Assembly: GCA_045646945.1 (NCBI GenBank)
Contig: JAZRLS010000062.1
Location: 26,618-90,617 of the forward strand
DNA length: 64,000 nucleotides
Source: Eubacteriales bacterium
Lineage (GTDB): Bacteria > Bacillota > Clostridia > Oscillospirales > CAG-272
Reading direction: 5' to 3'
The notes beneath the pieces were generated by a model that was given only the letters and a program-made list of their open reading frames with translations, had not been told where the DNA came from and did not search any database. How positions within the stretch are numbered: position 1 is the stretch's first letter; the number at the start of each line of letters is the position of its first letter. Positions 1 through 9,029 of the stretch are shown here, one piece after another. A program made the position numbers and the translations under genes.

Positions 1-1
1 C

Positions 2-2005
2 AACATTCCTCCCCACAACCTCGGAGAGGTGATTGACGCAACCATTTACCGTATGGACAATCCCGAATGTACTGTGCCCGAGCTGATGGAATACGTCAAG
101 GGTCCCGATTTCCCGACCTATGCGACCATCTATGGTGTCAACGGCATCATTCAGGCATATACAACGGGTAAGGGACATATCAAGGTTCGTGCAAAGGCGG
201 AGATCGAAGAGGATAAGCACCGCATTATTATCACCGAAATCCCTTATCAGGTCAACAAGAGTGTTCTCTGCGAATCGATTGCCGCACTGGCAAGAGAAAA
301 GCGCGTAGAGGGCATTACCGATATGCGCGACGAGTCGGGCAGAGACGGTATGCGTATTGTTATTGAATACCGCAGAGATGCCAATGGTCAGGTGATTTTG
401 AATCAGCTGTATAAATATTCTCAGCTTGAGGACACCTGCGCGATCAATATGCTCGCACTCGTGAACAATGAGCCGAAGATTCTTTCGCTTCCGCAGATTC
501 TCGACGTGTATATCGACCACCAGAAGTCGGTCATCTACCGCCGTGTCCAGTACGAGTTAGAAAAGGCAAAAGCAAGAGCGCATATCTTTGAGGGCTATCA
601 CATCGCACTCGATAATATTGACCGTATCGTTGAAATTATGAAAACCTCGAAGTCGATTCCCGAAGCAAAGGAACGCTTGATGGCAGAATTCTTTACCGTA
701 ACCTTTAAGGACGGCTACGAGAACGAGCTGGGGAATATTCGTCAGCTCTCCGAGGCGCAGGCGCAGGCAATCGTCGAAATGACGCTTGGTAAGCTGACGG
801 GTCTGGAGCGTGATAAAATTGAGGACGAGCTCGCAAGACTGCACGCGCTGATCATCGAGCTGGAAGGTATTCTTGCCGACGAGACAAAGATCATGCAAAT
901 CATTAAGGATGAAATGAACGAGATCAAGCGCAAGTACGGTGACGCAAGAAGAACCGAGATCGTTGCGGCAACCGACGACATCGAGCTTGAGGATCTCATT
1001 GAAAAGCATCACTGTGTCATTACCGTAACCAATGCGGGCTATATCAAGCGTTTGCCCGCCGACACCTATTCCGCACAACACAGAGGCGGTAAGGGTATTA
1101 TTGGTATGAACACGAAGGAAAACGATTTCGTGGAAAAGGTGATGGCAGTACACAGTCATTCCTATCTGATGATGTTTACAAACAAGGGTAAGGTACACAC
1201 GCGTAAGGCATATCAGATCCCCGAAGCATCGAGAACCGCCAAGGGTACGAACATCGTCAATATCATTGAAATGCTTCCCGAGGAGAAGATCACCGCGATG
1301 ATCAGCGTCGAGGGCTTCAACGAGGGTGAATTCCTGACGATGGTCACTAAGAAGGGTGTCATCAAGCGTACGCTTCTTTCCGCGTATGAGTACCAGCGCA
1401 AGGGCGGTAAGATCGCTCTGAGCCTTGACGAGGACGATGAGCTCGTTTTCGTGATGCACACGCACGGTGAGTGCGATATCGTGCTTGCAACCAAGTACGG
1501 AAGTGCGGTCCGTTACACCGAAGCCAACGTTCGTCCGATGGGAAGAACGGCACGCGGTGTCCGCGGTATCAAGCTTCGCGGTGACGACTACGTCACGGGC
1601 GTTGCCATTGTGGAAGAGGGCAAGAATCTCGTAACCATCACCGAAAACGGATTTGGTAAGCGTACCGACTTTGAGGACTTCCGCGAAATGAAGACGCGCG
1701 GCGGCTACGGTGTTACCTGCCACAAGCTGACCGAAAAGACGGGTCTGCTTTGCGGTATCCGTACGGTTTCCGATGAGGACGATCTGATGATGATCACCGA
1801 CAGCGGTACGATCATTCGTACGCCCGCTTCGGACATTCCTACCTATTCGAGAACGGCAGGCGGTGTCATTGTGATGCGCCTTGGTGAAGGACAGACGCTC
1901 ATCAACTTTACGGCAGTTGCCCATGAAGAAGACGAAGACGATGCGGTGGAAGTCACCGAAGAGACGGTCGTGGCAACGGAAGCAACCGAAGTCACCCAAG
2001 AATAA
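2..2005 (+). CDS. gyrA: DNA gyrase subunit A, C-terminal ~660 aa (5' end outside window)
   Basis: Frame open from base 2 (NIPPHNLGEVIDA...). GyrA-typical segment QAQAIVEMTLGKLTGLE. Repeated C-terminal beta-pinwheel blades, acidic tail. Stop at 2003-2005. Confidence 0.95.
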   Translation, partial: NIPPHNLGEVIDATIYRMDNPECTVPELMEYVKGPDFPTYATIYGVNGIIQAYTTGKGHIKVRAKAEIEEDKHRIIITEIPYQVNKSVLCESIAALAREKRVEGITDMRDESGRDGMRIVIEYRRDANGQVILNQLYKYSQLEDTCAINMLALVNNEPKILSLPQILDVYIDHQKSVIYRRVQYELEKAKARAHIFEGYHIALDNIDRIVEIMKTSKSIPEAKERLMAEFFTVTFKDGYENELGNIRQLSEAQAQAIVEMTLGKLTGLERDKIEDELARLHALIIELEGILADETKIMQIIKDEMNEIKRKYGDARRTEIVAATDDIELEDLIEKHHCVITVTNAGYIKRLPADTYSAQHRGGKGIIGMNTKENDFVEKVMAVHSHSYLMMFTNKGKVHTRKAYQIPEASRTAKGTNIVNIIEMLPEEKITAMISVEGFNEGEFLTMVTKKGVIKRTLLSAYEYQRKGGKIALSLDEDDELVFVMHTHGECDIVLATKYGSAVRYTEANVRPMGRTARGVRGIKLRGDDYVTGVAIVEEGKNLVTITENGFGKRTDFEDFREMKTRGGYGVTCHKLTEKTGLLCGIRTVSDEDDLMMITDSGTIIRTPASDIPTYSRTAGGVIVMRLGEGQTLINFTAVAHEEDEDDAVEVTEETVVATEATEVTQE

Positions 2006-2066
2006 TCAAGAACGGGGGAAATCTCAGCGAAGAATTCCCCCGTCATTTCGAAACAATGAGGTTGTT

Positions 2067-2933
2067 ATGAAAAAAATCATTTGTTTACTTCTTTGCCTTG
2101 TGACCATACTCCCTGTTACAACATCCTGCTCCAAAGCCCCAGAATATTCCGAGATTGAGGATCGCCTTAAGGAATTGATTGACGCGTCGTATGAGATCAA
2201 CGAGATCTTTTTCGGCGAGGGACTTCCCACCTATGAGCGCGTATACGATCCAACGTCGACGATGAAGGTCTTGACAAAGACCGACCCCGAAGATCCTGCG
2301 AAGGAGCTGCGTATCTATTATTACGAAATCAGTGATCCGAGCCTCGGACGCGTGATCGCGTTCCGCTCCTCCTACCTTTCGCCTTATGAGTACGTGCAGG
2401 TGCTTTCCGAAAAAGATGATACGCGCATGCCTTACTATGAGGAGAACGGTGTCTATTGCTATTTGCTGACCGAATACACTCCGCCGAGCTACGAGCTGTT
2501 TTACGATGCGAATGACCCCTACGACTACGATTACGTTCGTGCCGATGCGGGATATCTGACGATCGAACAGATCAAGGAATCCGCCGCGTTGGTTTATTCG
2601 GCGGAGTATCTCGAATCGATCTATGAAATGCTTTTTGTCGGGGCGGCAGGTGTAACCGAAAATTCCGAAATTCTTTCGGCAAGATATATGGAATACACTG
2701 ATTCGGAGACGGGTGAGGTTTGGTTAATGAAGTCCAATACCTTTGAGCCGCTTGTGAAAGAAAAACGTCTGTACGATTTTTCCACGGCAAAGATTGTTCG
2801 TCCGAAAAACGGAAAGTATATCACGGTCGAGATTGAATCTTATCTCGAAGGTACACCTGAGGACCGACTGACCATCAAACTCGGACTTCGTTTGCAGAAC
2901 GATGAATGGATGCTCGACAGCGCGACTTATTAA
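2067..2933 (+). CDS. Putative lipoprotein, unknown function
   Basis: ATG 2067 gives a lipobox signal, MKKIICLLLCLVTILPVTTSC. The longer ORF start at 1881 overlaps gyrA and is Arg/Lys-rich. Confidence 0.6.
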   Translation: MKKIICLLLCLVTILPVTTSCSKAPEYSEIEDRLKELIDASYEINEIFFGEGLPTYERVYDPTSTMKVLTKTDPEDPAKELRIYYYEISDPSLGRVIAFRSSYLSPYEYVQVLSEKDDTRMPYYEENGVYCYLLTEYTPPSYELFYDANDPYDYDYVRADAGYLTIEQIKESAALVYSAEYLESIYEMLFVGAAGVTENSEILSARYMEYTDSETGEVWLMKSNTFEPLVKEKRLYDFSTAKIVRPKNGKYITVEIESYLEGTPEDRLTIKLGLRLQNDEWMLDSATY

Positions 2934-2947
2934 TTCAATAAAAATCA

Positions 2948-2970
2948 AGACCGCAGAGAATCTGCGGTCT
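2948..2970. terminator. Bidirectional rho-independent terminator between convergent genes
   Basis: AGACCGCAGA-gaa-TCTGCGGTCT, perfect 10-bp stem, A-run before and T-run after. Confidence 0.6.
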
Positions 2971-2975
2971 TTTTG

Positions 2976-5270
2976 TTAATATTTCGCGGTGGGGTCGATG
3001 GGCTGGAGGTTCATCATTTTTTGCGCGTCGGTAATGAACTTATTGACACGGTTCATCTTGACACAGAAGCCGCCCACACCGTTGATGGTGATATACGCTT
3101 TATGCGCCGAAATGCGGTAGAAGCTGTAGACGTTTGTATCGATCGTGCCGTCCACGTCCTTGGTGGTGATGGTCAACGAAACGATCCAGTTGTCGGGATT
3201 GCCGATCAGTGCCTCTTCTTCTGCCTTGGTCAACGGATAATCATCGATGATCGACGCGTATTGCATCGTTGCATAGAAATCGAAGAAAATATGCGTTCCG
3301 TAACGTTCAATCTTTTCTTCCTGACCGTTATGATACTTGACGTAAACATAATTCGGTCCGACCTCGACGATCTTGTCGCTGCAGGTGATATAATTTCCTT
3401 CGGTCAGACAAAGTGCCTGACGGTTCGCGACGTTATATTCATAATAGCCAACCCCCGATGCCAGCTTTCGCTCGTTGCCTTTTTCGTCGTAAGCGAGAAT
3501 CTCGGTCGGAGTGATCAACCAGGTTACGCCGTCGACGTCTCGAAGCGTCAGCATACCGAGTGTTTCTAGACTCTTGTCCGTCGAGTCGCTTGCCGTAACG
3601 CTCATATGGTTGGCGTTCGTGCCGCCACTCATATCCGAGAACGAGTTGTCGGCATCGAAGAAGGCATCATAGGAGGGAGACTCCAGCTTGATCGAATCGA
3701 TAAAGGCAATGTCAAACTGAATATAGGTGTCGGTGATCCAATCGTAAGGATCCCATTCCAGAAAATTCAGTGAATGGCGGGAAATTTCAAGGACGGTGTC
3801 GTAAGAGAACAGATATTCCAACGTACCGTTGTCCGTGAGTTGGTTGACGATGGTGTAGGTGAAATAATTGCCATTCTCGGGGTTTTTTGCGATGAAAATG
3901 ATCTCGTGAATCGTTCCCTCCGCTTGTCCGTTGCTGTCTTTGATGGTATGCTTGAAGGAAATTTTGTAAGGCGCATGGTAGACGGTAGTTTCTTTTCCGT
4001 CTTCCTCCACCGTTTTCACCGAAAATCCGTATTTGGTCAGATCCTCGGGAGAGGGATTCAGCTTGTGAACCTTCACGTAGTCGGGATCGTAAATATTTCT
4101 CAGACAGGCTTCCATTCCCAGACTATTTGGCATATATCCCTTCATATCAAGATTAAACGCAAAGGGAAAGTTTGCTTGCAGGGTGTTTTCACGGTCTAAA
4201 AGGTCAAGATAGGAGAAGGAAATGATGTTTTCATAACGGTCCTCGTCCTCGGGGGAAGCACCATCCTTCAATCGCTCGATGGTGAAATCCTGCACGTCGA
4301 AATAATTGTTGGATTGCTTCGGATAGGAAAGCGTCGGATCGACGTAATCCTCGATGGCGGCAAGCATCGTCAGACCCATATCGGTATCGACCACGTAAAC
4401 CGTGTCGCGCTTGATTTCGCTCTCTCCGCTTACGTCGACGTATTGCACGTAATAACCGCTACCGTCGACCAGCATATCACCTACAAGCATCTTGTGGCGA
4501 TTTCCGTGAACGTCGGTGAGCAGATAATACGCGGGCTCATAGGTATACGCGTTGCCCTCTTCGTCGTATCTTGTGCAGGGCGCAAGACCGTATTCTTTGA
4601 AATCACAGTTACACGCCTCGGTATGCGTACAGAGATTGCCGTGTTCGTCCCGCTTGATCGCAGGCGTCGGATTTCCGTTTTCATCGAGGGGGCCCGTAAC
4701 CTTTTGCGAGGTCATCGTGTATCCTGCCGAAACGTACATTCGCGCGAAAAGCTCCTGATCGTACAAGGTCATCGGCGCGCCTTGGATAATAAAACTTCCA
4801 TCGGCGTCGATTTTTCCCGTTTCGTCGTTATAACGGCAGAAGGTAAAGCTTCCTTTGTCGTTGTGCACCTCAATGGAAAGAATATCTTCTTTGGAAATAC
4901 TCGGGAAGATCAGCACCTTCGTATTGACCGCGTATTCTTCGCTGTATTCGGTGTCCACGAGTGCCACGATTTGGTACTCGCCCGTTTCTTCATCGACGTC
5001 AATCAGCGTTCCGAGATAGGTCACGTAGTATCCGAACTGCTCCTCGGTCGGCATTAGGTTTTTATTCTCATCGTACAGTGCGTAAATACCGTCGGTTTTT
5101 CGGATATAGTAAACCGTACCGTCCTTATCGGGCACTTCGGTGACGTCGGCATATTTCAGAACGAAGATCATCGCAACGGTCAGAAGCAGAAGCGCGACAG
5201 CCGAAATGACGATGGCGCATACACGTCGCTTCATCAGCGAGCTTTGCTTTTTTTCTGCGGTATGCTTCAT
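2976..5270 (-). CDS. Large N-terminally anchored extracytoplasmic protein (DUF4340-like by operon context)
   Basis: 764 aa with a single N-terminal TM (VCAIVISAVALLLLTVAMIFVL). ATG overlaps the stop of the upstream GldG-like gene (ATGA). Last gene of the ABC/GldG operon. Confidence 0.45.
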   Translation of the reverse strand: MKHTAEKKQSSLMKRRVCAIVISAVALLLLTVAMIFVLKYADVTEVPDKDGTVYYIRKTDGIYALYDENKNLMPTEEQFGYYVTYLGTLIDVDEETGEYQIVALVDTEYSEEYAVNTKVLIFPSISKEDILSIEVHNDKGSFTFCRYNDETGKIDADGSFIIQGAPMTLYDQELFARMYVSAGYTMTSQKVTGPLDENGNPTPAIKRDEHGNLCTHTEACNCDFKEYGLAPCTRYDEEGNAYTYEPAYYLLTDVHGNRHKMLVGDMLVDGSGYYVQYVDVSGESEIKRDTVYVVDTDMGLTMLAAIEDYVDPTLSYPKQSNNYFDVQDFTIERLKDGASPEDEDRYENIISFSYLDLLDRENTLQANFPFAFNLDMKGYMPNSLGMEACLRNIYDPDYVKVHKLNPSPEDLTKYGFSVKTVEEDGKETTVYHAPYKISFKHTIKDSNGQAEGTIHEIIFIAKNPENGNYFTYTIVNQLTDNGTLEYLFSYDTVLEISRHSLNFLEWDPYDWITDTYIQFDIAFIDSIKLESPSYDAFFDADNSFSDMSGGTNANHMSVTASDSTDKSLETLGMLTLRDVDGVTWLITPTEILAYDEKGNERKLASGVGYYEYNVANRQALCLTEGNYITCSDKIVEVGPNYVYVKYHNGQEEKIERYGTHIFFDFYATMQYASIIDDYPLTKAEEEALIGNPDNWIVSLTITTKDVDGTIDTNVYSFYRISAHKAYITINGVGGFCVKMNRVNKFITDAQKMMNLQPIDPTAKY

Positions 5271-6985
5271 CGATGCTTTCTCCTTACCAATACGAAGATA
5301 CCGCTACCGATTGCCAAAACGGCGGGAATGACCGTAAGCACGACGGTATACTGCGTTGCTTCTGCCGTAGTGACGGTATCGATCGAGGTATCGCCAAAGG
5401 GCTTTGGGGAGAGACCTACGGGCACGGGCTCGCTTCCGACGGTTCGCAGAGCGTACTCCAAAAAGGCATTGTTGCCATAGGCGGACGACTGCAAAAGATT
5501 TTCGGAAACAAATTCGGTCGATCCGCAGGCAATGACGTAAGAGGATTGGTCAAGAACGCTGTAGTCGCCTTGCTCGGTCGTACTGCGATCCTCCTTGGAG
5601 ATGGTCATCAGCTTGAGCGGATTTTGTGCCGTGGCTTTTTTTACTTCCTTGTTATTTGCCATCGCAATGGCATTTTCTCCTGTGACGAAGACGTCGTAAA
5701 TCGTACGGTAGCTTCCGTCTGCCGCGGAGAGCGCGCAATCGTACTCGTTGGAGGAATCATTTTCATCCACCAGATGTGTGGGGGTGAACTGACTCGAATA
5801 AGAGATCGACATAGCATTGGGGAAGACGATCTTCGGGGGGACGTTGGCACTGTGCAGATTTTTGGTGACCGCACCGCCAAAGCCCGTCGTGTAGTAGTCG
5901 GCAAAGAAGGTGTAACCGCCGTCATAATTCAGGCTTTGCGTGGGGTCTTTGATCATATGCGGGTGATATTTTCCATCCTCGCTGACGTGGCGGTCGTAGG
6001 AGATGCCCCATTCCTCGAGATAAGATTCGAAATTGACCAGCGGCTCGACGTTGTCGGGAGATAGAAAGACCATCAGCGAGTTGGTGCCGTCAAGGAATTT
6101 TTCCAGACGCTCGATTTCATCGACCTCGTTTACACCGTCACGCACCATAAAGTCATCCTTTGGTCCGTACACGACGATGAGGCGGCAATCTTCGGGAATC
6201 GGGTTGTAATCGGGATCGTATACGTCCGAACCCTCCTCCGAGGTTGCGGAAAGGTCGAGAAAATGGATCTTATAGCCTGCCGTGATCAGTGTCTGAACCA
6301 GCGGCATATTCGCAGAAACCGCTTCTCCGTGGTTGGTTGTCAGACACGCAACGGGGGCTTCGGCGCGGGTGACTGCCAGAATGAGAGAAGCAAAGGTTTT
6401 CTCGCCGTTATATGCCCAAGGCGACTCCTCTGCGGAATCGCTCAGGTAGAAGTGCGAGAGCGAGCGGACGCGGAATTCCGAGCCGCACTCGACGATGATA
6501 CTGGTGCGGTTGACAGCACCATATTGCTTGACAGCGGTCGGATGCCAGACGATATTGACGTTCTTCACCTCAATATGATCGGGAAATTCTGCTTGTAACT
6601 GCAGTGCGGTGTCATAGACGTAGCGCTGAAGATCGTTGTCATACATCCAAGCATCGGGATCGTCACAGAAAGTGATCGTGAGCATAAAATCCTCGTCCTT
6701 GAAGTTCGGATCTTCGGTGCGCTTTTCAGCTCGGATCTCGTCGATCTTTTCAATGGGAGAGGTACTGTTCGGGACTTCGGGATCGCCGTCACGAATCAGA
6801 TTGATGCAATCGTCCGAGAGCGTAAAGAGCAGCTCGGGCGTGAGGTCGGTATACCAAAGGAATTTTCCTGCGAGAGCCGAGAAAATCACGTTGACAATGA
6901 TTACACCCGCGATGATCAGTGCGGTGAGAGCCGCCGTGACGCCGCCGTAGCGAAGCTTTCGGCTGTTTTGAGGGTTCAATTTCAT
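5267..6985 (-). CDS. GldG-like auxiliary component of an ABC-2 type transport system
   Basis: N- and C-terminal TM helices flank a large extracytoplasmic domain. Sits directly after the ABC-2 permease. Start taken at ATG 6985 (MKLNPQNSRKL, RBS AAGGGGGA). Confidence 0.55.
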   Translation of the reverse strand: MKLNPQNSRKLRYGGVTAALTALIIAGVIIVNVIFSALAGKFLWYTDLTPELLFTLSDDCINLIRDGDPEVPNSTSPIEKIDEIRAEKRTEDPNFKDEDFMLTITFCDDPDAWMYDNDLQRYVYDTALQLQAEFPDHIEVKNVNIVWHPTAVKQYGAVNRTSIIVECGSEFRVRSLSHFYLSDSAEESPWAYNGEKTFASLILAVTRAEAPVACLTTNHGEAVSANMPLVQTLITAGYKIHFLDLSATSEEGSDVYDPDYNPIPEDCRLIVVYGPKDDFMVRDGVNEVDEIERLEKFLDGTNSLMVFLSPDNVEPLVNFESYLEEWGISYDRHVSEDGKYHPHMIKDPTQSLNYDGGYTFFADYYTTGFGGAVTKNLHSANVPPKIVFPNAMSISYSSQFTPTHLVDENDSSNEYDCALSAADGSYRTIYDVFVTGENAIAMANNKEVKKATAQNPLKLMTISKEDRSTTEQGDYSVLDQSSYVIACGSTEFVSENLLQSSAYGNNAFLEYALRTVGSEPVPVGLSPKPFGDTSIDTVTTAEATQYTVVLTVIPAVLAIGSGIFVLVRRKHR

Positions 6986-7004
6986 CTTGCTTGTTCCCCC
7001 TTTC

Positions 7005-7751
7005 TCAGCCCCAACGGCGCTTGTCGTAAACACGCACCGTCAAAAGCAGAAATATGCCCGAAATGGACAGATAGTAAAGAATTGCCGAATAATCGAGAAT
7101 TCCCGTGGTAAAATTCAAGAATCGACTAGCAATGCTGAGCCAATCGATTGCAAAACGAATGGCGTATACGTGAATGAATTCATTGACAATTCCCAAAATC
7201 AACATCACCAGAATGATGGCGACCGTAATGACAGCGGCGGCAAGCTGGTTTTCGGTCAGCGAAGATACGAAGAGACCGATCGAAATAAACGCAAGCCCGA
7301 TGAGGATTACGCCGATCACGCAAGAGATAATTTCAGGTGTCGACGGACCGATGCGGAACACCTGAGCGTCCTGCGAAAGTCGCTCGGTGTTGGCGTAGAC
7401 GTAGAGCGGGAAAAGATTGATGCAGGAAACAAGTACCGTTCCCACAAAGAGCGTTGCCGCGGCAAAGAATTTACCGAGGACCATTCCCCAGATCGAGACG
7501 GGGGCGGTCATCAGCAGCTGCTCGGTACGCAGCTTCTTCTCTTCCGCAAAGAGTTTCATTGTTAAAAGCGGAATAAGAATGATAAAGGAAAAGAGCAACA
7601 TCGTAAAATACGTGCCGGTATCATAGGTTTTTGAGATCAGCGTAGTATAACAACACATTAGCGAGGCGGCAGCAAGAAAGACACCAACGTAAACGTAGCC
7701 GATGGCGTTGATAAAATAGGATCTCAGTTCTTTTTTATAGATCGCAAACAT
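7005..7751 (-). CDS. ABC-2 family transporter permease
   Basis: 248 aa polytopic membrane protein, 20 nt downstream of the ATPase gene. Confidence 0.7.
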   Translation of the reverse strand: MFAIYKKELRSYFINAIGYVYVGVFLAAASLMCCYTTLISKTYDTGTYFTMLLFSFIILIPLLTMKLFAEEKKLRTEQLLMTAPVSIWGMVLGKFFAAATLFVGTVLVSCINLFPLYVYANTERLSQDAQVFRIGPSTPEIISCVIGVILIGLAFISIGLFVSSLTENQLAAAVITVAIILVMLILGIVNEFIHVYAIRFAIDWLSIASRFLNFTTGILDYSAILYYLSISGIFLLLTVRVYDKRRWG

Positions 7752-7771
7752 AGACTTCCTTCCTTCCGCAC

Positions 7772-8851
7772 TTAATTCTTCTTGTCATCGTCCGAGCCGA
7801 ACAGTGCCGAAAATCCGTCGGAGTTTTGTGCCGTGGCCTTTTCGAGAATGCTCGAGGCGATGTCTTGTTCTGCTTTCGTGCGCCCCTTGGGCGAACGGCG
7901 TTCGTATTTTTTCTTATTTGAGGACTGGTCAACAATCGCAATAAAGATATCTTCCAGGCTCATTCCCATGGCTTCCATTCCAATCAGCGGCCAGTTTTTC
8001 TCTGCGAGCGTATAGAAGAGGTTTTTACGGATATCTACGCCGACTTCGCTTTCGATGGTGTAGGTGTAGGCATCTCCGTCGCGTTGCGAGAGCACCTCGA
8101 CCGAAACGATTCCTGACTTTGCGCGGAGTGCCGCGAGAACCTCTTTTTGAGGACCGCAGATCTTGACCTGAAAGCGTCTGGTATTCTCGACGGCTCTCGT
8201 AATATTTTCGGTAAGCTCGTCCGCAACGATTTTTCCCTTATTGATAATTACAATACGGTCGCAAACGGCTTGCACCTCCTGCAAAATATGCGTAGAGAGA
8301 ATGACTGTGTGATCTTTGCCGAGATTGCGGAGCAGATTGCGAACCTCGATAATCTGCTTGGGGTCAAGTCCAACCGTCGGCTCGTCGAAAATGATGACCT
8401 CGGGACTTCCAATGAGGGCTTGCGCGATGCCGACTCTCTGACGGTAACCCTTGGAGAGATTTTTGATGACGCGATGGTAGACGTCGCGGATCTTTACCAC
8501 GTCGCAGATCTCTTCGAGATGCTTGGTTCGATTGAGCTTGCAGCCCTTGAGGTTATAGTTGAAGATGAGATATTCTTCGACCGTCATATCCATATACAGC
8601 GGAGGTTGTTCGGGGAGATAACCGATGTGCTTTTTGGCTTCCATCGGATTGTCGAGCACGTCAAAGCCCGCGATCGACACCGAGCCCGAGGTCGCCGACA
8701 AATATCCTGTCAGAATATTCATCGTGGTACTTTTTCCCGCGCCGTTCGGTCCGAGAAGACCGACAATCTCTCCCTTTTTTACTTCAAAGCTGATGTCGTC
8801 TACGGCACAGTTGGTTCCGTAGTTTTTCACCAGATGTTCAATTTTTATCAT
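7772..8851 (-). CDS. ABC transporter ATP-binding protein with charged C-terminal extension
   Basis: Walker A GPNGAGKST, signature LSKGYRQR, Walker B IIFDEPTVGLD. Confidence 0.9.
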   Translation of the reverse strand: MIKIEHLVKNYGTNCAVDDISFEVKKGEIVGLLGPNGAGKSTTMNILTGYLSATSGSVSIAGFDVLDNPMEAKKHIGYLPEQPPLYMDMTVEEYLIFNYNLKGCKLNRTKHLEEICDVVKIRDVYHRVIKNLSKGYRQRVGIAQALIGSPEVIIFDEPTVGLDPKQIIEVRNLLRNLGKDHTVILSTHILQEVQAVCDRIVIINKGKIVADELTENITRAVENTRRFQVKICGPQKEVLAALRAKSGIVSVEVLSQRDGDAYTYTIESEVGVDIRKNLFYTLAEKNWPLIGMEAMGMSLEDIFIAIVDQSSNKKKYERRSPKGRTKAEQDIASSILEKATAQNSDGFSALFGSDDDKKN

Positions 8852-8990
8852 CGTCGGAGATTCCTTTCCGTAAAGATTCTGATACAGAATACATTATACC
8901 ATAAATATATAAACATTCTGTGAACGAGGGGGCATTTCATAGGAAAATCATGTGTTTTTTCGGTGATATTTTAGTGTTTTTCACAAAAAA

Positions 8991-9018
8991 AGATACCGCA
9001 GAAATTTCTGCGGTATCT
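8991..9018 (-). terminator. Rho-independent terminator after the ispH-S1 gene
   Basis: AGATACCGCAGAAA/TTTCTGCGGTATCT stem followed by a T-run on the minus strand. Confidence 0.6.
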
Positions 9019-9029
9019 TGTGTTTTTGC

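Noticed and set aside
557-1999. 480-aa ORF antisense to gyrA
   Set aside because: It lies entirely inside and opposite an unmistakable gyrA frame. It has no RBS and an Arg/Leu/Val-rich low-information composition. This is a typical shadow ORF caused by codon bias.
1881-2066. Upstream extension of the lipoprotein ORF overlapping the gyrA 3' end
   Set aside because: The extension is a Lys/Arg-rich out-of-frame read of the acidic gyrA tail. ATG 2067 yields a canonical lipoprotein signal.
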